NCBI GenBank assembly: GCA_023411555.1
Contig: JAEYOQ010000008.1
Location: 27,550 to 91,549 of the forward strand
From: Bacillota bacterium
Lineage (GTDB): Bacteria > Bacillota > Clostridia > Lachnospirales > Lachnospiraceae
Direction of reading: 5' to 3'
Length of the DNA stretch: 64,000 nt
The position numbers and the translations under genes were made by a program. Below are positions 38,730 through 50,065 of this stretch, in pieces (within the stretch, counting starts at the first letter, position 1; each line of letters starts with the position of its first letter). Below the pieces are notes generated by a model that worked only from the letters and a program-made list of their open reading frames with translations, did not search any database and was not told where the DNA came from.

Positions 38730-39722
38730 TTATTCCTTGATAATCCCACGGAGCTTTAATTCACCCGCTCTATGACATGCCACGTAATGTCCCTTCTCCA
38801 TTTCTATAAAATTAACATCCTCTGTTTTACATTTGTCGATGCAGTATTTACATCTTGTGTGGAAAAAGCATCCCGAGGGCGGATTTGCCGGATTTGGAAT
38901 CTCTCCCTGCAATGGAATTCTCTCATTTTCAAGGGTAGGATCTGCAATTGGTACAGCAGAGATCAGTGCTTCCGTATAGGGGTGCAAAGGATTCTTGAAT
39001 AATTCTCCGCTTGTGGTATACTCTACCATCTTCCCTAGATACATAACACCCACTTTATCCGAGATATGTTCAACTACCGATAGATCATGACTAATGAACA
39101 GATAGGTCAGCTTCAACTCCTTCTGCAAGTCCATCAATAGGTTTACCACCTGAGCCTGAACGGATACGTCAAGGGCAGATACCGCTTCATCGCATACGAT
39201 CAGACGAGGATACAGTACAAGAGCTCTGGCAATACCAATTCTTTGACGCTGTCCACCAGAAAAGGCATGGGGATAGCGCTTGAGATAACTGGGATTTAAA
39301 CCAACCTTAACCGCTATCTCCTTTACACGAGCTTCAATCTCCTTCTTGGATAGTTTAAAATTCGCTCTTAAGGGTTCTGAAATAATGTCAAATACCGTCA
39401 TACGCGGGTCCAAAGAAGAAAAAGGATCCTGAAAAATCATCTGTATCTCTTTTCGAATGGTTTTCATGGAAGCCTTATCGATCTTCTGTAAGTTATACTC
39501 CGTTCCATCCTCAGCAAGATATAACACCTCACCTGCAGTCGCATCAACTGCTTTTACGATGCAACGACCAAGTGTGGTTTTGCCACAGCCAGACTCACCA
39601 ACAATACCGACAGTCTCACCCTCATTTACCTCAAAGCTCACATTATTCACAGCTCTTACATCAACTTTTTTTGAAGAGAAGGTCTTGCTCATTTCTTTTA
39701 CTTTTAATATCGTTTTCGACAT
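38730..39722 (-). CDS. Opp/Dpp-type ABC transporter ATP-binding protein (OppF-like)
   Basis: Walker A GESGCGKTT, signature FSGGQRQR, and a C-terminal oligopeptide-type extension containing Cys residues. Confidence 0.92.
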   Translation of the reverse strand: MSKTILKVKEMSKTFSSKKVDVRAVNNVSFEVNEGETVGIVGESGCGKTTLGRCIVKAVDATAGEVLYLAEDGTEYNLQKIDKASMKTIRKEIQMIFQDPFSSLDPRMTVFDIISEPLRANFKLSKKEIEARVKEIAVKVGLNPSYLKRYPHAFSGGQRQRIGIARALVLYPRLIVCDEAVSALDVSVQAQVVNLLMDLQKELKLTYLFISHDLSVVEHISDKVGVMYLGKMVEYTTSGELFKNPLHPYTEALISAVPIADPTLENERIPLQGEIPNPANPPSGCFFHTRCKYCIDKCKTEDVNFIEMEKGHYVACHRAGELKLRGIIKE

Positions 39723-39734
39723 AACAATCCCTCC

Positions 39735-40742
39735 TTACTGTTCTTTCTTCTTAGCAGCACTCATATCTGCATAGCAGGCAACAAAATGGCCTTCATTCAC
39801 TTCCACCAAGGTTGGTTCACTACAATTACATTTACCCTTCTCACGATACTCGCAACGATCATAAAAGCCACATTGATTAGCCAGATTCATTGCAAGGGGT
39901 ACCGTTCCTTCTATGGAATAGAGACGATCATGTCCTCCACCAATCTTATGGACAGAGCCCATCAATCCAATCGTATACGGATGAAGAGGATTTTTGAATA
40001 TATCCTTAACCGGAGCTATCTCTACAATCTTTCCAAGATACATAACCGCTACACGATCACATACCTTCGCCACTGTCCCAAGATCATGGGTAATGTAGAG
40101 AATTGCCATCTTAAATTCCTTCTGCAACTCCTTCATCAGTTCAAGAATCTGCGCTTGAATCGTTACATCCAGGGCTGTAGTAGGCTCATCCGCAATGAGA
40201 AGCTTCGGATTACATACCAGCGCCATTGCAATCAAAGCTCTTTGCAGCATACCTCCGGAGAATTCATGAGGGTATTGGTTATACCTCTTCTCCGGATTAG
40301 AAATCCCCACTTTACGCATTGCTTCTATGGAAATCTCCTTTGCTTTCTTTTTATCCTTTGTCATATGGAGACGTACAAACTCGGAAATCTGATGTCCTAT
40401 GGTGAATAGGGGTGAAAATGAGCTCATGGGCTCCTGGAATATCATCGATATATTCTTGCCACGGATACTTCTTATTTCAGCACCACCAAATTTCATATCC
40501 AACAGATTTAGCTCACGACCTTCATTCTGGAAGGTGATCTTACCGGTTGTAACACATTTCCGATCATTAATTCCCATGATCGCCTTGCTGGTCAAGCTCT
40601 TACCACATCCCGATTCTCCTACTAATCCAAGGGTTTCATTCTCCTTGATTGAAAAGCTGATTCCTCGCAGTGGAGTCAGTATGCCTTCGTCCAGTTTGAT
40701 TTTTATATTAAGGTCCTCAACTACAACTACATTCTTTTCCAT
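39735..40742 (-). CDS. Opp/Dpp-type ABC transporter ATP-binding protein (OppD-like)
   Basis: Walker A GESGCGKSL, signature FSGGMLQR. Confidence 0.92.
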   Translation of the reverse strand: MEKNVVVVEDLNIKIKLDEGILTPLRGISFSIKENETLGLVGESGCGKSLTSKAIMGINDRKCVTTGKITFQNEGRELNLLDMKFGGAEIRSIRGKNISMIFQEPMSSFSPLFTIGHQISEFVRLHMTKDKKKAKEISIEAMRKVGISNPEKRYNQYPHEFSGGMLQRALIAMALVCNPKLLIADEPTTALDVTIQAQILELMKELQKEFKMAILYITHDLGTVAKVCDRVAVMYLGKIVEIAPVKDIFKNPLHPYTIGLMGSVHKIGGGHDRLYSIEGTVPLAMNLANQCGFYDRCEYREKGKCNCSEPTLVEVNEGHFVACYADMSAAKKKEQ

Positions 40743-40754
40743 TTAATACCTCGC

Positions 40755-41948
40755 TTATTTATAAGGGTCTGCAGCATCGCGTAAGCCATCACCCAGGAAG
40801 TTAAATGCCAACACAGCTAATCCCACGAAGAGGACTGGTATTAGTTTCCACGGACAATTGGCGATATTGCTGATACTCTGGCACTCTTGCAATAGCACGC
40901 CCCAACTGGTAGCAGGTGCACGCATGCCCAATCCCAGGAAGCTCATTGATGTTTCTCCCAATATCATACCGGGAATACCCAAAGTAAGATTTACAATCAG
41001 GTAGCTCATGAAGCCAGGGACCAAATGCTTTGCGATAATTTTCGCGTCGGATACACCAGCCAATCTTGCTGCCATAACATAATCTTCCTTCTTCAGGGAA
41101 AGGAATTTACTTCGAACCGTTCGTGCAAGTCCCGGCCAGCTGAGTAAAGACATGATTACGGTAATAAATATGTATACCTTTACTACGGAGATACCAGGTG
41201 GAATAGCAGCAGAAAGCGCCATCCATAATGGTAAAGTAGGAAAGGAAGAGATAACCTCAATTATTCTCTGTATTACAGTATCAATAATACCACCATAATA
41301 ACCGGAGATTCCACCGATGACAATCGCCAATAGGAAGGATAAAAAGGTTCCAATCAAAGGTACAGTCAATGATACCTGACTACCAATCAGTATTCTGGAG
41401 AACAAATCACGCCCAAGCTGATCTGCTCCAAATAGCATAACATTTACCTTGTCCTTTCCAGGTGGTAGGTCTGAATTATCAATTCCAAATAAATGCAAAT
41501 CACTTTTTATAAAGCCCAATAATTTATAGGAAGAACCTTTTACAAAAAATTCAATCTTGTAAGGTTTATCTGTTTTCTCCAGGAATATTTTATTTAAAAA
41601 TTTATCGTAAGAGACCTCAAGGTCGTATACAAACGGACCAATAAATTCACCCTCGTGTACAAAATGTACCTTGGTCGGCGGAGAATTGGAATAGGTTGCC
41701 GAGAAATCCTCCAAGCCTTGTGGAGCGATAAAGTTGGCAAAGATTGCACAGGTATACAGTAATGCTAAGATGATAAAGCTGATCATTGCAAGCTTATGTT
41801 TTAGTAGCTTTCTCCCCATTAGCTGCCACTGCGAGGATGTATAATACTTTTCTTGCTTTGCGCGCTTCTTTTCCAGCTTCTTTAATTCCTTCTCGCTTAA
41901 ATTAGTACTTTCAGGAGCAGAATTGGTTGTTATATTCTCTTGACTCAT
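40755..41948 (-). CDS. Opp/Dpp-type ABC transporter permease (OppC-like) with a charged N-terminal extension
   Basis: BPD-transport permease features; 1-nt overlap with the upstream permease gene (TAATG). Confidence 0.9.
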   Translation of the reverse strand: MSQENITTNSAPESTNLSEKELKKLEKKRAKQEKYYTSSQWQLMGRKLLKHKLAMISFIILALLYTCAIFANFIAPQGLEDFSATYSNSPPTKVHFVHEGEFIGPFVYDLEVSYDKFLNKIFLEKTDKPYKIEFFVKGSSYKLLGFIKSDLHLFGIDNSDLPPGKDKVNVMLFGADQLGRDLFSRILIGSQVSLTVPLIGTFLSFLLAIVIGGISGYYGGIIDTVIQRIIEVISSFPTLPLWMALSAAIPPGISVVKVYIFITVIMSLLSWPGLARTVRSKFLSLKKEDYVMAARLAGVSDAKIIAKHLVPGFMSYLIVNLTLGIPGMILGETSMSFLGLGMRAPATSWGVLLQECQSISNIANCPWKLIPVLFVGLAVLAFNFLGDGLRDAADPYK

Positions 41949-42940
41949 TATTTACTCTCCTCTAGTAATTTAATCCTCGGGTCCAGAACAGCAAGCAGTA
42001 AATCAGAAATCAGCGTACCGATAACTACCAGTGTTGCTGAAATCAGCAGGATACCTCCGGAAAGATATACATCCTGAGATTGTAATGCTTTTAATAATAT
42101 CGGGCCCTGAGTCGGAAGCATCAATACGATTGCTGTAATGGTTGAACCATTGAAGATACCGGAGATCATTCCTCCAAGCCCACTTACAATCGGATTAATA
42201 ACTGCACGCATTTCATACTTATAGGTTATCGTTTTTTCACTTACACCCTTTGCTCTTGTGCAGAGTACATACGGCTTTTCCTGCTCATCCAACATCTGAG
42301 CACGAATACTTCGAATTAGTCCACAGGCACCTGACATACTGATAACAATCGTGGGTATAATTAATCGTTTCAAGAACTCCAGGAAGGTTGCCCAAGAAGT
42401 GATACCTCCTTCCGGAAACAGTCCCATTAATGGTTTACCCGTCCATTTATAAGATAAATACATCAATAGAATTGCCAATAGAAAGTGCGGAACAGCCATA
42501 CCTACAAAACCGATCAAAGTAAAGAAGTAATCACCGATCGAATATTGATGCTTTGCAGAATAAATTGCAATCGGTATAGCGATCATATAGGTTACAACTA
42601 ATGTAATCAGCGATATCATCATGGTTGCTCCAAGCGTCTCGCCGATCTTTGCCAATACCGTTTGGTTATAATAAAAGGAAGTACCCCAGTCTCCTGTCAC
42701 TATGCCACCCAGCCAATCGACATACTGTACCATGAACGGACGATCCACCTTATACATAGCGCGCAGGTTTGCGATATCTGCCTCTGTTACAGTCTCGCCT
42801 TGTGCTATCATATCGGTTACCAAGCTATCCACAAAATCACCGGGTGGAAGCTGAATTACAAAAAATACTACGAAGGTAATCATCAATAATGTAAAAAGGG
42901 CCAGCGTGAGCCTCTTTGTAATATATTTCAATTTATCCAT
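41948..42940 (-). CDS. Opp/Dpp-type ABC transporter permease (OppB-like)
   Basis: 330-aa multi-pass membrane protein with an OppB-like N-terminus (YITKRLTLALFTLLMITFVVFFVIQLPPGD). Confidence 0.9.
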   Translation of the reverse strand: MDKLKYITKRLTLALFTLLMITFVVFFVIQLPPGDFVDSLVTDMIAQGETVTEADIANLRAMYKVDRPFMVQYVDWLGGIVTGDWGTSFYYNQTVLAKIGETLGATMMISLITLVVTYMIAIPIAIYSAKHQYSIGDYFFTLIGFVGMAVPHFLLAILLMYLSYKWTGKPLMGLFPEGGITSWATFLEFLKRLIIPTIVISMSGACGLIRSIRAQMLDEQEKPYVLCTRAKGVSEKTITYKYEMRAVINPIVSGLGGMISGIFNGSTITAIVLMLPTQGPILLKALQSQDVYLSGGILLISATLVVIGTLISDLLLAVLDPRIKLLEESK

Positions 42941-43165
42941 AACTTATCACCATAGAACCCTTCTCAACTTCATTTGCCTTGAATATAGATGTGGGCTTTT
43001 GCAAAGGTGCTAAAATTCTGCCAATTTACAAAAGCCCTCCATCCTATTACACTACCTAAATATACTTACTCCTTATGCTCGTACCAAGTATCCTTCTCAC
43101 ACTTCCCAGACGTAGGTACAAGCTTGCATACTACGTCAAAACTTTTAATAAGCCTTTACTAAGTC

Positions 43166-45253
43166 TTATTTAGCTAAATATAACTGCTCCGGACGCATCA
43201 TGCTTGCAAAGCGGTACTCATCTGCCCATACAACGTTAGACGGGAAATTCTTAACCTTGTTATTTACAAAGAAGTTAATCGGCAGTGGTGCCAGATATCC
43301 GATAATCCAAATATTTTCTTTATGTAAATCATAGATCTTCTTCACATTTTCTGCAACAACTGCTTCTCTGTTATCTCCTGATGCATTCTTAATTGCATCA
43401 TAAGCGTTGATTAACTCAAGTACAGCTCCGGTCGGTTCAACTCCACCATTTGCTGTAGTCTTGCCATCCTCATACCACTTACCGTATGCACCATACCAGC
43501 AGCTGAAGTTACGCATCGGAACAACAATATCAGGGCGGATAGCAGGAGAGGTCATGCTAACACCTTCAAACTTCGCTTCAATATTATTAACCAATATTGA
43601 TTTTGCGATTTCTGCATCTACCTTGTCAGATACCTTAACACCGATTGCTTTGTAAGCTGTCTGCAGTAAGGTTATGTAATCGCCTTCCTTACTGATATCA
43701 CTGGTAGAGATAACAATTTCAACATCCTTATTGGTGCCCTTCATCTTACGATAGGTACCCGGTGCTTTGTCCCAAGGCTCTGTTATCTCATCCAAAATAC
43801 TGTTAGCCTTATCAACATTATATTCAGTCCACTTATTAGCCCATTCCGCATCGTAAAAAGCTGTACCCTCTGAAGGTGCTGCTTGTGCAGGCTTTGATTG
43901 GCCACTCATCAAGGTGGCATTCATTAGGTTTCTGTCAACACTGATAGAAAGCGCTTCTCTAAAGCGAATATCCTGGAACAGTGCTCTCTTATCCGAATCC
44001 TGTACTGTCTGGCAAAGAGCCAAAGCAGGTCCACTCTGCCATTCCGGTCTGAACCAAGGAACTATAGTATGAGTCGCCTGAGTTGCTGTTGCTACAGTAG
44101 CATAATCGCCAAACTCAACGGTTGAGATATCAATTTCACCTGCTGTCTGCTTAAGAACTACCTGATCTGCATCGTTAATAATGATAAACTTTATGCTGTC
44201 AAGATAAGGCAATTGACGACCTTCACTATCTGTCTTCCAGAAATAAGGATTACGAACTAATTCATAGGTCTCACCAACGGTATTCCAGTTATCTTTCACA
44301 GCGATAAAGCTTCTAATCTGAGGAACAATTGCATAATCCCAGTTATAATAGCCGATATCCTTACCCATGGTGCCGTAATCTTCCCAAGCTCTGCCAAAAT
44401 CCTTGTTTGCATTAGCAATTGCCTGCTCTTCGGTAATCAGAGGGAAGGTAGCATCATCCGCTACTCCGTCTTTACGAGCAACATAATTGATATAGAAATG
44501 CTTCGGTAAGAACATCCACTTATTATCTACTGCTACTGCCTCAGGGAAGTTCGGCTTCGGAGCAGCGAAGGTTACTGTAAATGTATAATCATCAACCTTA
44601 GCAAATTCAGCCCAGTAATTCTTGCCGTCTTTTGTAACCTGGTAGCAATTATAAGGCTTAGAGGTATATGCAGGATAGTAGCCCGCTTCCTCTACACCTA
44701 CTGCAGTACGGTCTGCGTTCAAAGCCGGAGTTGACATGTGATCATAATAGAATATTACGTCATCTGCTGTAAAAGGATGTCCATCAGACCACTTCATACC
44801 TTCACGAAGCTCGATTGTCCATACAGAACCATCTTCATTCGAATAAAAATCCTTACATACATTCGCCTCTACTTCACCGGAGCCATCCAATTTAAAACGG
44901 AACATACTCTGTTCCGTATAGGGACCCCATCCCCAACGGCCACCGTCATTAGTAGTAGCAGTAATGCTACCGCCATATTCTCCCAGTGACTGAACATCCT
45001 TTTCCACCATTACATCTTCAGCTACTGGCAGACGCTCTTCCAATGCTGGCAGAGTACCCGCAGCAACCTGCTCAGCAAGCATCGGTGCCTCTTTAGCCAA
45101 ATCGGTTGGTTTACTATCTTCACCCGCAGTATCATTTGTTGTGGCTGGAGTTGGATTCTGTGTCACTCCTCCATCGTTTGAAGGTTTGCTGCATGCTGCC
45201 AAGGAACCAAATCCAAGAACCACTGCCAGCATAAGTGCTAATACTCGTTTCAT
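43166..45253 (-). CDS. Family-5 (Opp/Dpp-type) substrate-binding lipoprotein, unusually large (695 aa)
   Basis: Lipobox GFGSLAACSKP, then a Thr/Pro-rich linker. AAGGAGGAG SD present. Confidence 0.88.
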   Translation of the reverse strand: MKRVLALMLAVVLGFGSLAACSKPSNDGGVTQNPTPATTNDTAGEDSKPTDLAKEAPMLAEQVAAGTLPALEERLPVAEDVMVEKDVQSLGEYGGSITATTNDGGRWGWGPYTEQSMFRFKLDGSGEVEANVCKDFYSNEDGSVWTIELREGMKWSDGHPFTADDVIFYYDHMSTPALNADRTAVGVEEAGYYPAYTSKPYNCYQVTKDGKNYWAEFAKVDDYTFTVTFAAPKPNFPEAVAVDNKWMFLPKHFYINYVARKDGVADDATFPLITEEQAIANANKDFGRAWEDYGTMGKDIGYYNWDYAIVPQIRSFIAVKDNWNTVGETYELVRNPYFWKTDSEGRQLPYLDSIKFIIINDADQVVLKQTAGEIDISTVEFGDYATVATATQATHTIVPWFRPEWQSGPALALCQTVQDSDKRALFQDIRFREALSISVDRNLMNATLMSGQSKPAQAAPSEGTAFYDAEWANKWTEYNVDKANSILDEITEPWDKAPGTYRKMKGTNKDVEIVISTSDISKEGDYITLLQTAYKAIGVKVSDKVDAEIAKSILVNNIEAKFEGVSMTSPAIRPDIVVPMRNFSCWYGAYGKWYEDGKTTANGGVEPTGAVLELINAYDAIKNASGDNREAVVAENVKKIYDLHKENIWIIGYLAPLPINFFVNNKVKNFPSNVVWADEYRFASMMRPEQLYLAK

Positions 45254-45793
45254 GTTTCTCCTCCTTTTAATTCTACATCATACCTTCCACTATGTGGTAA
45301 CCAATGTAAGATGTAAGCTTTCTTGTTGTAAATCCCTTTGTGATAACAAGCTTTACATACAATCGAACCTCCTAGTTCGGTTATGTACTGAAGATAAAGC
45401 TACTTAATAATTTTAATTTAGTATGTTTTATTAAATATATTTATCTTGTATATTAATCATATCATATGAATTTTATTTTGTAAATAAAATATTTATTTAA
45501 ATTACATAATATCTATGTTGAAACCATGTATATTATTGTTAATTTGTATGTTGTTATACCGATTTAACTTGTTAATTAAATGTGTTTTAACTAATATGCA
45601 TAATTAGATTAATATTCTATATATTTATTATACTTTATCGATTAAGCTATATTTTTCCGATTAAAAACTTCCGCCTTCAAAACGTTGTAAAATCCGTATT
45701 GATAGCAAAAAAATAAGCCCGGATTGAGATATCACTCCCCATCCAGGCTTGTGCTATTATTAATTTGATGATACCACCCAAGACAAAAGGGTA

Positions 45794-46879
45794 TTATTCG
45801 TCACTGACCAATATCGCCGGGACCATAAAATCAGTTTCCGTACTTGTCTTTTTAATCTGTGCTAGTAATAAATCTACTATTTTGTTCGCCATCTCAATTT
45901 CATTCTGTTTCATATGGGCCATCGGAAGCCCCTGTGGACCGTCCACACAAGCAACCTTAACTTCTTCATCAAGCTTTACCTTCACAAGCTTTGATGCTTC
46001 TATCACAGCGGATATTAAGCTATATTCCGCACAAATAATCCCATCCACTTCCCCCTGATTACTTTTTAAATACTCTGCTACTTTTTCTATGTTTTCATCC
46101 TTCGGTGGATGCTGATATATGTTCTCATCAAATACTAAGGTGCATTCCGGCAGAGTAGTTATACCGAATTCAGCCGCCGCTTCATAAAAACCAAGCTTGC
46201 GCTCCTGCAGAGACGAGGTACCGATAATCTCTGACGAGAAAAAGGCCAGCTTATGACATCCCTGTTCATACAGGTGCTTGACCAGGTTCTTAATTGCCTG
46301 GATATTATCTGTCCTTACCGAAGGTACCGATATGCCTTCCAACTTTTTATCAATCACCACTACCGGGAAGCCTTCTAGAATAAGCTTTAAGATTGTAGGA
46401 TTGTAATAAACACCATGACAGGGCATTACAATCAAGCCTTCTATCTGTGAATTTACCAGGAAGTCGATCTCTTCTGTCTCCTTCTCCCTATTATAATAAG
46501 AGAATCTGGTAATAACCTTATATCCATTTTCCTCCGCCTTCCGATCGATCTTATAGAGCAGGTCTAAGCCAAAAGCACTCGATACATGCTCCATTACAAG
46601 ACCGATTTTCTTACCAGCGTAAGTAATACACGGCACGCATGTCTCTTCTACTACCGGATTGCGTACCTTTACAAAGGTTCCTACTCCCGGTATTCTTTGT
46701 AATAGTCCTTCATCCTTCAGCATACCCAGAGCCTTTTTCACTGTTATCATACTGACATTGAATCTACTTTTCAACTCATCATCTGAAGGTATTTTCATTC
46801 CCTCCGTATAGACATTGTCCTCTATCTTTTTCTTTATATCCTCATAAAGCTGCCTATACAAAAAATTGTCCCTGTCCAA
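45794..46879 (-). CDS. GntR-HTH / periplasmic-binding-protein (LacI-type sugar-binding) hybrid transcriptional regulator
   Basis: LYRQLYEDIKKKIEDNVYTEGMKIPSDDELKSRFNVSMITVKKAL is a GntR winged helix, followed by a PBP1-like domain. The track start 46939 (TTG) would include a TGGTATAAT promoter element, so TTG 46879 or GTG 46882/46888 is more likely. Confidence 0.85.
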   Translation of the reverse strand: MDRDNFLYRQLYEDIKKKIEDNVYTEGMKIPSDDELKSRFNVSMITVKKALGMLKDEGLLQRIPGVGTFVKVRNPVVEETCVPCITYAGKKIGLVMEHVSSAFGLDLLYKIDRKAEENGYKVITRFSYYNREKETEEIDFLVNSQIEGLIVMPCHGVYYNPTILKLILEGFPVVVIDKKLEGISVPSVRTDNIQAIKNLVKHLYEQGCHKLAFFSSEIIGTSSLQERKLGFYEAAAEFGITTLPECTLVFDENIYQHPPKDENIEKVAEYLKSNQGEVDGIICAEYSLISAVIEASKLVKVKLDEEVKVACVDGPQGLPMAHMKQNEIEMANKIVDLLLAQIKKTSTETDFMVPAILVSDE

Positions 46880-46917
46880 CACACACACCCCATCTATATA
46901 TTTAATATACTTAACCA

Positions 46918-46926
46918 TATTATACC
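46918..46926 (-). promoter_or_regulatory. Extended -10 element TGGTATAAT, candidate promoter of the GntR-PBP regulator gene
   Basis: Minus strand reads ...GATGTTATATGGTATAATATGG..., 30-40 nt upstream of the preferred start codons. Confidence 0.4.
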
Positions 46927-46960
46927 ATATAACATCCAAAATGAAAGGAAATTTTTATAA

Positions 46961-49900
46961 CTAGTAATGTATCTTTACCGTTTTTATCTCAAAGGCATTG
47001 AAGGTCAGCTCAACTTCTTGCGATAACGGTAAGGTCTCCTCCGGCTCCTCCAACATATTGGTAATGGAAATCCCCTTAACCCAATCCGGTAAAGCCAGGA
47101 TGGTCTTGGTATAAGTTCCTTCTACTTCATACATTCTGAGTATAAATGCCTTTTCTTGCTCTTCCATAGGCTTTACTGTCTCGATAATAATATTGGAAGT
47201 ACTTACGCTAGCCAAGCTCTGTTCTTCATATATACCGGACACAATAATCGGCTTGTAATTAAGAAGATAAGCAGGCTTCGTTACACTTTCGGCCTGGAAG
47301 CCAGTATTATGGGGATAGAAGCTATAGCAACAGCTATGCACACCCTGGTCTCCCCTATAATCCGGGCGGCAGCCTCCTTTATGCAGCGAAAGTCTTAGCT
47401 TAGAATCCTGTGCCGATATACCATATTTACAATCATTTAGGATTGCCACTCCATATCGATTTTCCGAAAGATCCGTATATTTATGATTTGACACCTCAAA
47501 CTTTGCTTTTTCAATCGCTGTATTACGATGTGTAGGACGCATGAGATATCCAAATTGAATTTCATGTCTTGCGAAATCCGTATGAATAGAGGTATCAAAG
47601 GCTGTTTTTAAGAAACGGTGCTGATCCTTCCAATCCATTATTGTATCAAAGCGAACTTCGGCACTGTCCGCATAAAAGATAATATCCTGTTTGAGATGAG
47701 ATTTTGTACTTAACTGATATTCACATCGAATTCGGCATTCCACCTCACCGACCGATATAACCTCTCTCGAAAGGAGAACTGCATCGTCTCTGAATTTACC
47801 GGCGATATCCGCATCCAGATCCCAATTATCCCAGTCACTCGGTACATCCTCAGCCATAAGGAAGGTATTCAGAGGATATCCCTCTCCCCTTAGTTCTCTG
47901 TTCACCCTTTTATCAATAAAGGATTGCATATAACCCTTCTCATCGAATACTACTCTTGCATAGGGTGTTTCAAGCACATCTCCTTCCAGACAGAATACCG
48001 TCCTGTCTTCCAGCTTTCCAGGTACCAACTGCAATACTACACTTGCAAATGCCGGTATTGATACCCCACTTATGGCCAGCTTATGTCTACCGTTTATATC
48101 CGTAACAATCTGCTGCTTATAATTTCCCTCTACGATATAACCTTCCACGTAATCCAGATATATTACATCCTGTCGCTCAAAGGACAAGGTATTGATTACT
48201 GACACTGCAGTAGTATCAGCTCCGGATTGTAACAAGGTATTAATCCTAGTATTGGCTTTCTTTATAATGCTGTCCGTATCAGCAATTGCCTGGTCATGCG
48301 CAGCAGGCACACAGGTTCCCGGTAAAATATCATGGAATTGATTTACCAACAGGTCTCGCATGAGTGGATTAATTTCAACTCCCGAGGCCGCCTCTTGCCT
48401 CCGAACCGCATCGCGGACCGTGATATATTCCAGATTTCTTAGTGCAATTTCAGCCAGACGATTGTTCCGCTTAATTGTATGTTGATTGGTCAAGGTTCCC
48501 CTATGGAGCTCCAGATAAAGCTCTCCGGTATAGATGGAAGGCTTTACAGAGGTTTGTTCTAGACGATTCATAAACTCACTGACCGTAATATGACTCGACT
48601 TAGGAAGCCCCTCTATATCAGCCAAGCGATTGGCTAATTCAATCATCTCAAAGGTGGGACCACCTCCACCATCACCCTCACCATAAGAGAGTAATCGCAT
48701 ATTATTAACCCTCTTCTCCTTAATCGAATCCTTACCTTCTCCTAAGACATGCCTCAACATATTAATAGGCTCCGGTCCTGTATGAGTTTTATTAAAATGT
48801 ACAAAAACCGCTGAACCGTCAATCCCCTTCCAGTAAAATGTATCATAAGGGAATTCGGTAGTATCTCCCCAATTCAGCTTCGTAGTAAGAAAATACTTTA
48901 CGTTACAGCCCCTCATAATCTGTGGCAGCGATGCACTATAGCCAAAGGTATCAGGAAGCCAGAAGGTATCCGAGATATAGTTAAAATGCTCTTTGGTAAA
49001 GCGCTGCCCCCATAAGAATTGTCGTATTACACTTTCTCCAGAGGGAATATTACAGTCACACTCAATATACACCCCGCCATTAGGCTCATATCTGCCACTA
49101 GCAACCTGTTTCTTAATCTCTTCAAACAAATCGGGATAATGTTCCTTCATTAACTCTGTATGATATGCAGAGCTCTGAACAAATTTGTATTCCGGATACT
49201 GGTCCATCAGATTGATTTGATTCGAATACGTTCTTGCACATTTTTTAATTGTCTCTTTGATATCCCAAAGCCATGCCGTATCCATATGAGAATGGCCAAT
49301 CAGACCTGCATAGGGTGCAGAGTCAGAATTCTTTGCAGCCAATACCTTCTGTAGCAGTCGGTTAGCGGACTGTAAGGCTTCGATAAAGGTATCCTTGTCC
49401 ACATTTTCATAATCATAATAAATGATTTCATGTATCTGCTCGAGCGTATTAACCAGCTGCGCACGACGAAAACTGTCCTTGTTCATACCCTCTGCCATCT
49501 GATTAACAATCATCAGATTAAAGTACGTATCCCAGACAGCTTCATTCCTTACACAGATCTCTACACTGTGATAGGTTATCTTAAATTCTTTATCCTGATT
49601 GGTCTCAAAGGGTCGGGTACCAATCACATAGTGGTGGGCATAGTATTCCATGGCAATCTCAATGTGTTCTTTTTTCACCGCTTTCTTTTTCAGCAAATCA
49701 CAATAATGATTTCCATGCCCATATGCCTGTATTTTGGTACCGAAGTTACCGTAAGGTTGTCGATTCACCCATAATAGCCCTTCATAACCCTCAATCTTCG
49801 GAGCGATAAATAATGTTTGATTATCTAATTCATCGGGCACGATATACTCGCCTAGAAACCAACAATAGCTTCCCTCTCCCTCCCATGAATCACCCGAACT

Positions 49901-50065
49901 ACACTGCTTAAAATTCTTTGCCTCCGGTATTTCATGATAACGGCCATCCGTCGGATATGCCATCATTGGAACTTCATCCACTTTTTCGAATAGCAAGCCT
50001 TCAAGGGTTTCTTCAAACCTCTTTAGCTTCGTCAACATAACTTCTGTTTGTTTATCAGTGAACAT
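46961..50065 (-). CDS. Alpha-mannosidase, GH38
   Basis: GHSHMDTAWLW metal-site motif; size of about 1030 aa fits. An AGGAG inside the first codons favours ATG 50065 over 50080. Confidence 0.92.
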   Translation of the reverse strand: MFTDKQTEVMLTKLKRFEETLEGLLFEKVDEVPMMAYPTDGRYHEIPEAKNFKQCSSGDSWEGEGSYCWFLGEYIVPDELDNQTLFIAPKIEGYEGLLWVNRQPYGNFGTKIQAYGHGNHYCDLLKKKAVKKEHIEIAMEYYAHHYVIGTRPFETNQDKEFKITYHSVEICVRNEAVWDTYFNLMIVNQMAEGMNKDSFRRAQLVNTLEQIHEIIYYDYENVDKDTFIEALQSANRLLQKVLAAKNSDSAPYAGLIGHSHMDTAWLWDIKETIKKCARTYSNQINLMDQYPEYKFVQSSAYHTELMKEHYPDLFEEIKKQVASGRYEPNGGVYIECDCNIPSGESVIRQFLWGQRFTKEHFNYISDTFWLPDTFGYSASLPQIMRGCNVKYFLTTKLNWGDTTEFPYDTFYWKGIDGSAVFVHFNKTHTGPEPINMLRHVLGEGKDSIKEKRVNNMRLLSYGEGDGGGGPTFEMIELANRLADIEGLPKSSHITVSEFMNRLEQTSVKPSIYTGELYLELHRGTLTNQHTIKRNNRLAEIALRNLEYITVRDAVRRQEAASGVEINPLMRDLLVNQFHDILPGTCVPAAHDQAIADTDSIIKKANTRINTLLQSGADTTAVSVINTLSFERQDVIYLDYVEGYIVEGNYKQQIVTDINGRHKLAISGVSIPAFASVVLQLVPGKLEDRTVFCLEGDVLETPYARVVFDEKGYMQSFIDKRVNRELRGEGYPLNTFLMAEDVPSDWDNWDLDADIAGKFRDDAVLLSREVISVGEVECRIRCEYQLSTKSHLKQDIIFYADSAEVRFDTIMDWKDQHRFLKTAFDTSIHTDFARHEIQFGYLMRPTHRNTAIEKAKFEVSNHKYTDLSENRYGVAILNDCKYGISAQDSKLRLSLHKGGCRPDYRGDQGVHSCCYSFYPHNTGFQAESVTKPAYLLNYKPIIVSGIYEEQSLASVSTSNIIIETVKPMEEQEKAFILRMYEVEGTYTKTILALPDWVKGISITNMLEEPEETLPLSQEVELTFNAFEIKTVKIHY

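Noticed and set aside
39786-40746. Plus-strand ORFs of 207 aa and 115 aa
   Set aside because: They are fully antisense to the OppD-like ATPase gene, which has Walker A/B and signature motifs. Their composition is typical of shadow ORFs.
45447-45535. TGTATATTA repeated 80 bp apart in the 540-bp intergenic region upstream of the SBP gene; possible operator for the GntR-PBP regulator
   Set aside because: The region is extremely AT-rich, so recurrence of an AT-only 9-mer is expected by chance. There is no palindromic symmetry.
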